64,000 bases of DNA, taken from positions 18,724,001 to 18,788,000 of the forward strand of contig CM120641.1 in NCBI GenBank assembly GCA_051362555.1, written 5' to 3'. Under the pieces are notes generated by a model. It was not told where the DNA came from and searched no databases. It worked only from the letters and a program-made list of their open reading frames with translations. Positions within the stretch are counted from its first letter, which is position 1, and every line of letters starts with the position of its first letter. Source of the DNA: Lingula anatina (lineage: Eukaryota; Animalia; Brachiopoda). A program made the position numbers and the translations under genes. This document shows, piece by piece, positions 13,901 to 26,956 of the stretch.

Positions 13901-16412
13901 GACATTTTTTCCTTCTTGTTGTCTGTACATTTGACAGCTCTGCTGACTTGTTCTCATTAAAAGTGACTGTTCATCTCCAAGGGAGATTTTTGTGATATTG
14001 AATTCTCCATCCAGTTTTTAATACTTGAACTCTTGTGGCAGATAGTTGAATTCCAGAAAATGATGCATGTGTACCCTTAGGCCAGCATAATTTGATCTGT
14101 AATTTTTTTTTTACTCAGGATTGAGGGGAATCATGATGGCTGTAATGATGGCAGCCCTGATGAGTGACATGGCTTCTATATTTAACAGTGCCAGTACTCT
14201 TTTTACTATGGATATATATCCTTATATTCGAAAAAAGTATACAGTCAAGGAGCTTTTAATAACAGGAAGGTAGGCACTGTACAACCTTTAAAAAAACTAG
14301 GAGAGATTGCTTCTGCTGTCTTTTGTCTACCTCTCAACAGTTTTGAATGACTATAGATAATTATCACAAAGGATAGGTTATTATTATAAAATATATTTTG
14401 TAACAAAATAAAAGGTTTAGTTTTTCATAAAGTGAAATGACTCTCAACTGGGGATGTCAGCTTCATGGATTTAAGCTAAAACGGATATTTGCCAGAGGCC
14501 CACACTAGTATACCATAAAATGTATTTCTCTCTTGAATGCTGTAAAACCCGCAATTTAACGTCCTTGTTGCCATGCATAAACATGAAAAATAACAGGCAT
14601 GTATATCTTCCAAATCTAAAACACTAACATTTTCTCGTCTACCTTAAGATGAATAAGGCATATACCAGTATGTTGTTTGTTCTTAGTACATTGTCATTAG
14701 TCCTTTGCAGCACAACAGTGATGTCAAGAGTACACAGGTGCAACAGTTTTGAAAATAGGTTTAAAACTAGTGTATTCAGTATGAAAGAAAAATATCACAC
14801 AACACCTTCAAAAGTTATTCTTAAAAGTGAAAGATGGTTTGTCTTCAAAAATACAAATGGTACCTTTGCTTATAGGTGCTTTGTACTGATAATGTTTATC
14901 ATTGGCATTCTGTGGATCCCTGTTGTACAGAATGTACAGGGTGGGCAGCTGTTTGTGTACATCCAAGCTGTGAGTGCCTATCTGGCACCCCCTGTAGCTG
15001 CTGTCTACTGTGTAGCCATTTTGTGGAAGAGAGGGAATGAAAAGGTTGGTGGTTAGAAATTATTGCTTCTGTTCTTCTTAATTCAAATATTAGATTGTAT
15101 CTTGATCGACACTCATGAAAGAACCTGTGATAATCTGTTGATTACATAGCTTAAGACCTATTTGACAAATTTCTCAGATCACATTGCTTTATTAAATGAA
15201 GTGCTCTTAAAATGTGGTCATCTTTTGATTATTGAAAATGCTTTCTTTCTGTAGGGTGCATTCACTGGTCTTATCTTTGGTTTGGTGATTGGTGTGATAC
15301 GTATGGCCACAGATTTCTTCAATCCAGAGCCCCCTTGTGGAGAGCCAGATTTACGCCCAGGAATAGTGAAGAATTTCCAATACATGTATTTTGCCACTTT
15401 GTCTTTCTGGACAACCATGTTAGTAATGGTGGTGGTTAGCTTGTTAACACTGCCACCTAGTGATGAGATGGTAAGTTCATTAAAAAACTTGAGTGTGTTT
15501 GCTTTACCGTGGGCATCTCATTACATTTCAAATAAATGCTTGTTAATAGCTAGCAACCAAATAATCTACATGGCCTAAAAATGACATTTGGCTCAAAATG
15601 AATGACAAAGCAATGTAGCCCATCTCAGGGAGAATAGCATCCTAACCCATATTAGAATAGAAAAAAGACAGGCCCACAAAAATTGATTTGTTTGCCACTT
15701 TTCTCTTTTTTAAATTTCTTTTTTTTTATTTTTAGGAACTTCCCTGTTCCACCATTGTGTGTAAAATATAATATTTGATCAACTGATATGAATTTTAAGT
15801 ATTTTCAGATTTTGTATGAGTCTGTACTTGCTTTCAGTTAAACAGAACAACATACTGGACACGGTTTGATAAAAAGATTACAGCAGGCGAAAGTATAGAA
15901 TGTACAGCAGATGGGGTAATTGGAAACCAAGAATATATTAATTTGGATGAAAGGAAGAGTGATGGAAGTTCTGCAATAGATAACAGTGTGAAACAGCAAG
16001 GTATGTACGAGGAAGAGGAGAAAATTTTGTTTCATTAGTCATTTTAATGTGTTCATATAGTGTATTAAGCATATTTTATGGGTTTTTTTTTTTCAATAGT
16101 ATTTGTCTTATAAAGATTGTATGGTTTAACTTAAAAAGATATTTCTTTTATATTATAACAGAGACAGAGAATGTATCCATAGTGCCAAAGCCAGTCTCAA
16201 AGAAATCCTTTTTCCACAAATTGCTGATTTGGTACTGTGGCTTTAGTGAATCAGAGCAAGAAGAAATAAAGATAAATGAACACAGACACCATTTGGAAAT
16301 GATTTCTAGTTTGGAGCAAGATCCCTGTGCTAAGGCATTTTTGAAGGCCAACTTAGTGATTGTATTATTGGCAGCTGTCTTTTTGTACACATTTTTTTCG
16401 TGGAATTTCTGA
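7979..16412 (+). CDS. SLC5 sodium:solute symporter, sodium/myo-inositol cotransporter (SMIT1/SLC5A3)-like, 15 exons, 674 aa
   Basis: Exons 7979-8059, 9013-9084, 9260-9364, 9541-9600, 9870-9974, 10462-10567, 10837-10917, 11894-12114, 12569-12704, 13371-13478, 14119-14269, 14876-15044, 15255-15470, 15838-16000, 16162-16412 splice in frame (2025 nt). SSS-family motifs [113 protein letters not shown] and ALMSD are SMIT1-like. Confidence 0.95.
8706..8863. mobile_element. Small MITE with CAG(G/T)GGCGGAT...ATCTGCCCCTG ends
   Basis: Imperfect TIRs; related elements at 22678-22838, 57529-57688 and 58442-58610. Confidence 0.6.
10936..11375. mobile_element. 440-bp MITE in SLC5 intron 7
   Basis: TIRs TACCCTCTCCCAGGGTGGCAGAT / ATCTGTGGCCCTGGTAGAGGGTA; flanks TAACAGGTG / CAACAGGTG look like a target-site duplication (9 bp with one mismatch, or 7 bp perfect if the TIR is extended by one base). 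Confidence 0.75.
11376..11791 (+). repeat. 46-52 bp minisatellite (8 full + 1 partial units) derived from the SLC5 exon 7 / intron 7 junction
   Basis: Unit CA(A/G)CAGGTGGTAGAGTCTGCCATACTGA(T/G)GGTCATGAGTGAGTATA matches 10886-10935 (GGTGATAGGGTCTGCCATTCTCATGGTCATGA|GTGAGTATATAACAGGTG). Confidence 0.92.
13537..13915 (+). mobile_element. Deleted copy of HINE/Helentron-like family A
   Basis: Same terminal hairpin TATGTACAGACACA..TGTGT(T/C)TGTACATA, (GTC)n tract and AAAATGGAAATAAACTCATATC..TGCAGTTTGTCA core as the copies at 27354 and 47120. Confidence 0.7.
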
Positions 16413-18231
16413 TGAGATTTATCACAATGGTATTACATAATACGAAATATTTCATAACATTCCTTGAATCTCTATACATAACAACTGTACATGTTTTACA
16501 GTTGTTTCTTTTTATTTTCTATTTTGAATATTCTATATTTAACTATCTAATATGTGATACATACCTAGAAGTGTTATGTGACTTTGGCAATATTATATTT
16601 GCTTTGTTCAGTTTTAGGGGTGTTTTTTCAGTGAAATGTCAGTACTTTCTCTCGGCATGCCTCCTGGAACACCTCTCACTGATACTTGAGGTGATCTGAC
16701 ATATATTGCTAGGATGACAGTGTATTATCTCACACATGATATGATATATGGTGTGATATGATACACTATGATATGATATGATATAATAAGAAAAAAGTGA
16801 AATTAATTAAAACACGTGCCTGTCTGGTGGAAAGTATACTCAGTTACACTTTATTAAGGTGTGCCTCTTTAAGCCTAAAGAGTGATGTTTTGTCTATTTA
16901 TATTAACCAGAGGATTGGAATCCCACACATGTATCATTAAGAGTTCAGTGAATAATAATAATGATAATAATAATAATTATTATTATTATTATTGTATGGA
17001 TTTTTATATTTTTAAAGTAGAACATAGCATATCCCTTTGATTTTGATTATTGTCAAATTAATTCTGGAAAGTGAAACAAAAACTAGCTATCTAATTTACA
17101 CATTAAAAAATATTCATTGGAATGGGTACTTTATAAGCAGTTTTAAGAGAAGTTTAAAACTTTTTAAAGTGGTTTATGCCTACATAGCAGGTATATTGTG
17201 TTGAAATTTTTTAAAAGTGGATTTGTAAAACATTTTATTATTCTTGAGAATACTATGATGTGAGCATTTCATTGGATCAGATCTCACAGTTAATATGAAA
17301 AGTGTTTTACACTTAAAAGATTTTGATCTCATCACTACATAAACATGAGATCTGATGCAGTATAGTTAAAAGTATACTGTTATATTTTGTAAAAGAGTTG
17401 TTCAATCTTGTTGAAGTACAAGCTTAGCAATAAAAATTCTTTAGAAAAAAATCAGATTTTGATAAATATAAAGTCGACATATCTTTGTTTTGAATGACAA
17501 GGGAAAATAAATTGTGCAACAACAGAAATTTAAAAAACATCAGTATTGTTCCATTTTCCAGTTATTTTCATAGCTTGTTTGCTTCAGTTGAGGTATACTT
17601 GTTTGTATAGGTTTGTTGATTCTATACTTGTCTGTCATTATACTGCTGCAGTATTTTCAAAAATAATAACCAAAAGAACATTATTTTTAAATGTAGAAAC
17701 ATTTATTGTAATCATTTCACATGGAAATGACCTCTAAAATATGTGATGTATAATATTTTACAAAAAAGTAGAAAAAACATTCTTACTACATATTTGTACA
17801 ATTCTTCTGATATAAAAAATTAAAGCTCATTTAATTCTCAAAAAACACTTTAAAAATACACTTCATATTGACAGTACAGTTCCCAAACATTATGTTGGGT
17901 ATGTCAATAAAGAATTTATTACAAATCTGGATTATAAATAAAAATTGCACAATTCCTTTAACAACATGAAATGCACTTTACCCAAGAACACCTTAAAAAG
18001 AAGGCATTTCCTGTCTCACTTATTTAATTTTTCCCATTTGTGAAATATTATATATATTATTAATTTAAAATGCTCCAGCTCTAAACTAATTCAAAGTCTC
18101 TACAAGAAACTGATAAAGGAAATACTAATCAGTCAGTGTAGTTAGCAATCACCAGGTTCTGTATGATCTCCCTGAGCACCACTGATTTTCTAGGAAGCCA
18201 ATACTTGATCTAGATAACATACTGTGTAATA

Positions 18232-21200
18232 TCAATAGGATCGTGGGTCCCTTCGCACTGGAGACATTGAGCGAGCACGTGTTTTTGCACGTGTCGGGGA
18301 TCGTGACCTCCTTGGAGTTGCTGCAAGTACCACACGAGCATCCTGATACCCACGGATAAATCCATCTTCCATGTCTTCTAGAGCACTCTCCAACCCAGCA
18401 GCAGTGATGGTATGTGCATGATGAGTTTGAATCAGTTTTTCTAGACGAGAAATGATTTCATAGTCTGGGATAGCCAAGGTATTTACATCCAGGCCCAACA
18501 TTCTAGAAATCACCTGGCGAAGGTCCACCAACTGGAAAAAGAGAATATGTTTTGGTTAACTGACTGAAAAATCCCAGGGTTTTTGTGGACTGTACAATTT
18601 GTTTAACAGAGAGCATTGTTCTCGCACAACTGATAATTAGAATTTAGCTTGCAAGGATGGTTTCTTTTGTACATTTAATATTATCAAATGTGTTCTAGTA
18701 CATAGTATATTTCTTATATTGATAAGCACCACGTTCTATTTTGACCCTTACCTGTCTTTCACGTTTAGATGTATCTTCCAAAAGCTGTTTAGTTGTGCGT
18801 AGTTCACTGGACAAAGCTTGTACAGTGTTTAATGAAGATGATTTCTTCTCTGCAAACTCGTTTTCAGTAGCTTCAAAATCATTTTTGAGGCCTGCAATTT
18901 TCTTTGCCTGCTTGTGTCGAATCTTTTCCAGTTCAGAAACAGTCTTTTCCAGGCCAGCTAGTTCCTTTTCTTGCTCCATGGTTTTAATCTAAGATAAAAA
19001 GTATACATATATACATTTGTACATATTTATCTAACTTTATTATACCTAACTTATTTCTTCAGATTAATGGGATTTTTTTAAAGTTAGTTTGAAATTTAAA
19101 ACATAATAATGTAAAACATGAAAATACAATTTTTTGTTTTTATTTATTATATATATCTATATCATATACATTTATTATTCTCAGTGTTTACCTTGAGGTT
19201 AGTGCTGTCCATGAGTTGAGCTTTGAGGTCTGTGATCTCCACTCTAGCCTCCTGCAGCAGCACCTGGTACTTCTCATTTTGTTTCTGAAGTTTCCTCACA
19301 CGGATGGTTTCACCGTCTCTTTCTTTCTCAAGTTCAGACCTCCCCACCAATTTTTCCTCCAAAGCAACTATCTTTTTGCGAAGCAGATCCATGTGTAGGT
19401 CTTTGCTCTCCAGCTGTTCTTTCATGGTTTTGATTTTGCGTTGTAGGTTGTAGATATGGGTGCTACGGTCAGCAAGAGCATCGGCTTCCAACTTCACTAA
19501 CTGCTCTGCTCGTGTTAGGAGAGTCTCGCCATTCATGTCAAAACCAATTTCAGATGATATTCTGTCCATTTTCATCACTTCAGCCATCTTTTCCATAAAT
19601 TTCAAATACTAAAATAAAAATTCAAAAATTAATATCAATATATATATACATATATCAGCAGCAGCTGAAAGGGCATTTGATTTGTTTTTGTTCTATCACC
19701 TCTTTAAAAATGACTTAAGAGATATATATCTGATTTGAATTTTTTCTGGGTTTTAAACTTACATTTTCTTTGTCAGTTCTCAGTCCATCTCTGAAGACTT
19801 CTCCTGCAGCCAAGTCTGCCTCATACTTGTGCAGTCTCTCAGCAATGTCTCTTCTCTCAACTTCTAATCTGTGAGCCCTATGTTCAGACTCCTTCTGCAA
19901 ATCATACTGGTTCTGGAACTGCTCTTGTAGATTTTTTACTTTGCTTTCAAGGAGTTCAATGTGCTGAAAGAGGTAAATTAAAATATAATCATATTATACT
20001 ATTAAAGTGACTCTATTTCCTCTCAAAAAGATAAAGACAAACATTGACATATATCAAATAAAAGAATCATGTGGTTTATTTCCATTCAAAATTCAATGAC
20101 AACAAAATGTGTAATATTAAACTGTGTAATCTTACTGTATTAATCACTTTAGTTTCCAGCACAATTACTTACAGATTCTTTGTCCTTGTTAGCTGCTAGC
20201 AGTTGACCAATTTTGTCCTTAATGCTGTCCTCGCTTGGAGGCACAGTTCTGAAGGCATCACTGAGGATGGAAGCCAAGGTTTCTCTAAATGCATTGTACT
20301 GGGTCTGGTAGTTACGAACACTGAAGCTAGATTCCCTTGCCTCTCTATCCAAGTGGGAGAGACGTTTTTCTCTTTCATCCAGCTCATGACGCGTGGCATT
20401 CCATGCTCTCTGACTTGCATCCAAGCGTTCTTTTAGGAGTTTGATTTCTTGTTCAAGTTCTCTTTTGGACATAATAGCATTATCCCTCTCCTGAAACAGA
20501 TGCATATAAAATTTATCTTTTAATTATATTTTTCATTTTCTCATGAATATAAAATGTACAAAAATAGTGCTTTCAAGTTAAGATAATTACACAAATGGCT
20601 CAGTACATCAGGATGGCACTGAAACCACGAGTTCTAAACATGTTTGTGCCATATACTGTTCACAATGTATAGAAAGATTCTAAATGGAAATCCTGCATTA
20701 ACTCACCATTCTCAAGTTGTCCATCTCTACAGTGTATTTTGAGGAAGCATTTTGCTCTCTATTTACTTCAGAAACCAATCTCATGATTGTCTCTCTGCTG
20801 GCCTTGGTTTCCAATTCTGTGTTCTCGAGAGCTTCATGCAAGCTGGTAAGCTTGCCTTTCATGATGGCATTCTCTGCTATAATGTCTTTAGCCTATGAAA
20901 GAACAGGAAGGGTTTGAGCTATTTGTCTCTGAAACATACATCTACAGAAATTGCATTTCTGAAACCATCCGTGTGAGGAAACTTCTAGTAATGTATTACA
21001 AATATTTAATATTATGACTGAAATAAAATATTGATGCTTGACTATCAATGAAACACCAGAGAGAAACTTACCTTCCTGACCAAGATATCCACAGAACTTG
21101 GAGAAGCAGGAGAGATGCCATCCTCTCCTAGGGCGGACCCAATATGTGTCCATATTTCCTGGTATTTTTTCTCTGCTGCAGCTGCTTTCTGCTCTGCTTC

Positions 21201-23445
21201 CTCTCTCTCACTTAAATGACTCCTATGATTTAAATAAAAGGTATTTTATAAAATAAAAATAAAAAAGCACACAAGGGTCCTTATTTTTTTTACTTAAAAC
21301 AATATAAACGGTGCCTTCAAAAATACCATTATAATTAAAGCTATATATACCTCAATCTTGATTCCAGCTCAACTATCCTGTCCTGTGCTTCTCTATTCTC
21401 TTTCTGCAGAGAAGAAATTGTCACTTCACAACGCCCTGCTGCAGCCTCCAGAGACCCACTTTGACTCTCTGCTTCATGGAGACGATCACGCAGAGACTGA
21501 ACAAGAGACGAAAGCCTGGCATCATTCTCTTTATATTTCTCCACTTCCTTCCTGATTTCTTTTATTTTGTCATCTTTGGATTCAACTTGTATTTGCAGGT
21601 CTTTGTTCTGAAAAAAAAAATAAAATAAAAAATAAGTAAGATTCAGAGTATATGCATAATTACATCATACCCAATTACATAAAGTAAAAAATGATAATGG
21701 TAAAGATTTAAGAGTTCATGCTAAAAAAACATTTCAGGGGGGATTTATTAAACAATGACAAGAAAATTTCAAGCTTTTTTGTGAAGAGAAACTTAATGAG
21801 AAAAAGCTTTTAAATATTAACCTGTGCTTGCAGATGTTCCACTTTGACATGCAAGGCTGCTGCCTCCCCTCTTGCAGTTTCTGCAGACATCCTTTCAGCA
21901 CCAAACACAGTCTCCAGCTAAAATTGATTAAAATTATGTATCTGACAAGTGGTTCAATTCCTCAAGGCTATATCAGTACATGGTGGAAATTATACTTCAG
22001 TACAGAATATCTTCAAATATAATACATTTTTGATTTTTTTTTTTTACTAAAACACATTCTGAAAATTAATCAAACATGTTACATAAGGACATAAATCAAA
22101 TGATTTTAACAGTGAGTTGCTGGGGTGCTATTTGTCTAACACTGCTTAAGTCACTACTCAAACAAGCTGTTGACATAAGATCCATTCAGAGCCAATCAAT
22201 ATCTTTAACTGAACAAAAGCTACTGAATATTCATGATAACCTCGTTTTCAAATATGACCCTTAGAAGCCAACAGTGTTATGATCAATGTTCCACAACTAT
22301 GGGAAATCAACCAAATACCATATCATTGACATGAATCCATATCTTAAAAAATTGAAAATAAAATGAATAGACTAAGTGTTAATTTCTTTTGCTAGAAAAT
22401 GAATAACCAAAAACAATGTTTCAAAGTTAAAGATGGATAATGAAAAAGCATTATCTGGAATTCTGTTTTCAGTACTCAGTCACTAACATTATGACATACC
22501 TTTGCAATTTCAATGCTACGCTGTGATAGTCCTCTGCTAGAATTGGTAGCATCAACACTGAAAATAAAAAAATCAGATGTGAATAACACAAAAAGATTGA
22601 CAATGGGACACACGTTGTAATTAATATAAATCCCCACAGATTTTAAAGTCAAATTATAATCTGTTCTGAACTGAATTCAGGGGCGTAACCAGGCATACGC
22701 ACAGATGCACTGTGCGTACAATTTTTGAGCCAATCATGATATTATTCTCCATAAATTCAGTGTATTTTTCACGGAATATAATCCTGGGAATTTTCAAAAT
22801 CTGTGCGTACAATTTTAAAAGGTCTAGTTATGCCCCTGGAATTTACTAATATTGCATTAATGATCCCATTCTGTGCACTTCCAATAAAATTGGAGTATTG
22901 TAACCTACAGTGTAACAGCCAATGCCGGTAAAACAGCAATTCACTTATTGATTTTTAAATCTCCAGGCACATACTGTACAAAATGTACTGTACATGTTAT
23001 CCGTATGTTTTTCAAAACGACCAAAATTATTTCTAATTTATATTGTTCCAATATGTACATATACATATATGAAAAAAATAAAAGTTTCTCGAAGTCCTTA
23101 CGTTGAAAGCTGAGAGATTAACTGATCCTTTTTAAGAAGCTCCTCCTTATACGACTTCACTTGATCTTGTAATTCCATAAGCATTTTCCTGTTCTGCGTC
23201 TGTGTGGTGGACGGAGAAGACGGCCTCCCGAAAGGAGAAGAAGGTCTGCCAAACAAAACAGGGCTTTCAACTCTTTCTCTGTATAAGCCTGATGGCGCGG
23301 TACCGCTGAACCTAACATGTGGGCGCTCATTGCTGAGTATCTCGTCTCCGAGTGATGAGATATGTCTCTGAGGGCTGCTTCCTCGACGTCTGATAGAGGG
23401 AAGGCCCTCGCTTACTATTTCCGAATCTCGGAGGTAACTAGCCAT
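18232..23445 (-). CDS. CCDC170: Coiled-coil domain-containing protein 170, 11 coding exons, 854 aa
   Basis: Exons 23445-23102, 22557-22500, 21917-21822, 21607-21351, 21222-21072, 20892-20707, 20490-20173, 19963-19763, 19608-19192, 18988-18752, 18531-18232 splice in frame (2565 nt). Long coiled coil with CCDC170-typical segments ETKASRETIMRLVSEV, RAEQLVKLE, QLESKDLHMDLLRKKI and RERQLVDLRQVISRMLGLDVNTLAIPDYEIISRLEKLI. Confidence 0.9.
22678..22838. mobile_element. MITE in CCDC170 intron
   Basis: TIRs CAGGGGCGTAACCAG / CTAGTTATGCCCCTG, internal repeat CTGTGCGTACAATTTT twice, flanked by GAATT on both sides. Confidence 0.7.
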
Positions 23446-23459
23446 GGCTTGTTTGTTCT

Positions 23460-23891
23460 GGAAATAAATCTATATGTATATGTCCATTTGCTAAAAGTGC
23501 AATACGTTCTGTCTTTTCTGTCGCGTGTTAAAATGAGTGCCTCTAGTATTGGGACTCAAACAAAATAGCGCTCTCTTAGCAACAAGCAAACATGTAAATA
23601 GCCTTGCTTTCGTCACTACCGTCAGCAAAACTTGGTAACTCCATCGAACACCACCAGGGAAACGGAATGACAAGACAATGCTATTGATCGTTTTGTACAA
23701 TTTAGTTTGGTCCATTGATATGTTTGATTGTGCCTGATACCAGGTAAAGTAAATATAGAGCAAAAAAAGTTATCATATATAGAAAGAAGATGTCTTCCAT
23801 ATATGCAATATTATGCTTTTCTTTATTTAATTAAAATCCAGCGCCCTCTATCGCCAGAAAATTTGCGAGAGGGAGTCGTCGGCCATTACAG
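23460..23891. promoter_or_regulatory. Putative bidirectional promoter (CCDC170 / 150-aa gene) with RFX X-box-like motifs
   Basis: CpG-richer island between the CCDC170 ATG exon and a plus-strand donor (ACAG|gtaag at 23891). X-box-like GCTCTCTTAGCAAC at 23570-23583 and half sites CTTGGTAAC (23631) and CCAGGGAAAC (23654). Confidence 0.5.
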
Positions 23892-24358
23892 GTAAGAAGA
23901 TCTGAACGTGAGCCCACATTTTTGTAAGTATTTGACCGTATATGACATAAAACCGTACACATATGGTATCAAGTGAACTGCCAACACTTTTTTCACATAA
24001 CTATATAGTCTGCGGATATGTTTGTTTTGTCATTCTCAGTGGCACATTAGCGGTTATTGCACGCTCAGCTATCACCTTGATCGGGTCAAACTAATCTTGT
24101 CTCCAAAGTACTTATATAAAACTTGATTTAATGCTTTCGCCTTTAAGACCAAAGTCTTATCTTTTAAATGACTTAAATCAAAAACATGTATCAGGTGGAA
24201 GACATGAAGAAAAATTAGATTAGAGTCATAATAACTCTTCGTTTTGGACAAAAATTGGATTTTCCTGGAGTAAACGGCAATTTTCCCGTACTTACCAATG
24301 GTCAACGACCCCATTCCTGCATTCAAAGTTAGTCCAGTGTTTTTTTTCCTAAACGTTT

Positions 24359-24392
<34 letters not shown>

Positions 24393-26496
24393 TTAAAATC
24401 TCTTAAGATCTCTTTTGTTAAAATCTCTGCTGTGCAGAATTAAGAGATTTTAACTGGCGGAGCCCTCTCTGACATTGCATTGTCACGCGATATCGAGCAA
24501 TATTTTCTGGAGATTTACTTAAAACCGCGGGAAAAGCAGACAACAACAACACTATATAACAATAATGTAAGATTCATAAGATATATTTGTCTGATTGCTC
24601 AAAATGCTTTTTTATCTACAATGTGTGCAGTTCTGGGCTTTTCATTTTCCGACTCACTGTACAAAAACTAGCAACTTATGTCTGAGGATTGCATCATTTT
24701 CATATGGCGATAATGGCACCATATGTTTTTTTTTGGTCTTGAATCAACGCGAGAATCCGCGTGACACCCCAACGTCATTGGCAACAGATGCCTTGACGCC
24801 CCGGAAGAAAGGTATCGAAAGCCCTATTGACAAGCACAGATTTAAGTTCTACTACAACAACAGCTGTTTTAGTGGTAAAATACAATATGATATATTTTCA
24901 TGCGTTGTTTACAATGTATTTCTTGCAGAATTTTGAATCTGAAATTCATGCTTTATGGCCTTGTTGATGATTTTTATATCTACGTCGTGTTAACGCATGA
25001 AAGCAAAGGCCTCAAAAAGTGTGTTATGAAAGCCAGTTGCCAACCGCGGTGTGGGAGCTGTCAAATTTTTAATCCTACCAACTAGTTTACCTATCAGCAG
25101 AGCTGACAGTTTGGTAATATCTGTCTGCTTGTCTACTAGTTTGGGCACTGTGAAATTAAACACGCGGAAAAATAGGTCAGAACGGGCTGCTGAACATGCA
25201 TAATAGGTCGAAATAATGATGCAATATTTTTTTAAATTTTCCCTCCAGAAAGCAACTTGCTGTGCAGAATTGAGTGCAATATAAGGTCCATGAGCAATGT
25301 GATTATGGACCATTCTGTGGTATTTGGTCCACAGACCTTAAAATTTAAATAAAGACACCTACTTACAAAACCAGACACCACTAGACACCTGATTCCAAAA
25401 GAACTTTTAGATTTTGATGATTAATTATGATTTTATTGACTCTTTTATCTGGAAAACTTATAAAATAGTGTTTGGGAAGGATAATTGCATTTTTGAAATA
25501 GTTTTCATAATAGTGATTATTTTTAATAATGAAGGCTAAATACTTTAAATATAAACTGAATACATTTAGTCAAGTGCACTAAGATATATTTGATTATAAA
25601 AAATGGATGAATTAGGTATCTGAACCATAATTATAACTGTTTAATTTACAAAATTTTAAATTCATTTGAAAGCTCTTGTAAAAACAAATTCAATGAAGCA
25701 TTGCACTTTAAGACATCATAAATAGTTCAAAAGTTATAGACAATTAACATTTTAAGAAATGACGCATTTTAGACCAATATCAGGGGAAATATGGCAGAAC
25801 AGCCAAAATGCCATTTTTGAAGTTCTTTCATTTAAAAAATAATGACACAATAATCATGAAATTCAGAAAAAAGTAAATTTTTATATAGTACATGAAGTGT
25901 TTTTTTCCAAAGATTTATACTGAATATACTTCATAAAATTTAAATTGAAAAATTGAAATTTATTTAAATTTTGGCTTGTGTTTTGCTACTTACATATATC
26001 TTTAGTTACATATTTGCTTGTATCTCAAACAATTTTCCTGATATCTATTTCATGTTAGCTTTAAAATTATCAGAAGGGCACAGGCTTCCACAAACATGTG
26101 ACATTAATCTAAATTTGTATTGCAAGAAAGTAAGTCAGTTAAAAAGAAACATCCATGAATAAATTGATTAAATTCACTGTAAGCTTCACATATTTCATTC
26201 AGTTCCTTTGTGAACCATGTTCGTCCATAGTTGTTGCTTTCTAAGTGAACATCTTGGCTAATCACAAACTTGGAATTGATATCATCAATGGCCCCAGAAT
26301 AGGGGACTAACTACTCTAAGACCACATGCTCAACGAATTGGGCCAGGCTTTACAAATCCTGAGAACTAAAAATGGCGGACGTACATGAAACAAAAACCGC
26401 CTAATCTTTTAATAGTCTCTCCGCCTCTCACACACCTCCCCACACGTCGTCCCTGCGGGGTACAGTAATTAAATCCCAATTTAAGGACAAGTACTT

Positions 26497-26655
26497 AAAG
26501 GGATAATAACTCTTTGTTTTGGCCAAAAAATGAATTTTCCTGGAGTAAACAACCATTTTCCCATACTTACCAATAGTTAATGAATTCATTTTTACATTCA
26601 AAGTTAGTCCCTGTTTTTTTTCTAAAAAGTTTGGTTTTTTGTTATAATCTCTTAA
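26497..26655. repeat. Dispersed repeat ending in TCTCTTAA (Kolobok-like end), also at about 2720-2880 and 24225-24408
   Basis: Three recognisably homologous copies (ATAACTCTT...TTTTCCTG..GTAAA...CCC.TACTTAC...CATTCAA.GTT...TCTCTTAAG). Superfamily is inferred only from the TTAA end. Confidence 0.6.
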
Positions 26656-26956
26656 GACATAAATTTCATGACGTCTGTGTACAATGTATCAACAAACAAT
26701 GGGACAGTGTAGCCTGAGTGGTTAAAAGGTAAACATCCTTTTTTTTTCCAAACCTGACTCTCTGCAGCAGACTCTCTGAAACAAATGACCATTTTGACAT
26801 CAATAACAACTTGCATTTCATTTGCAGATTTTATAGGATGATATTAAAGCACAGTATGCAGGTGTGATAATTTTGACAAGTATAAAAAATATTGTGATTT
26901 GTTGATCTTTTTCAAAATTTATTTGCAGACCCTTTGACTAGTTGGCACCACTCACA

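Noticed and set aside
26700-26730. tRNA/SINE-like A-box (GTGTAGCCTGAGTGGTT); similar at about 2915
   Set aside because: No B-box or cloverleaf follows.
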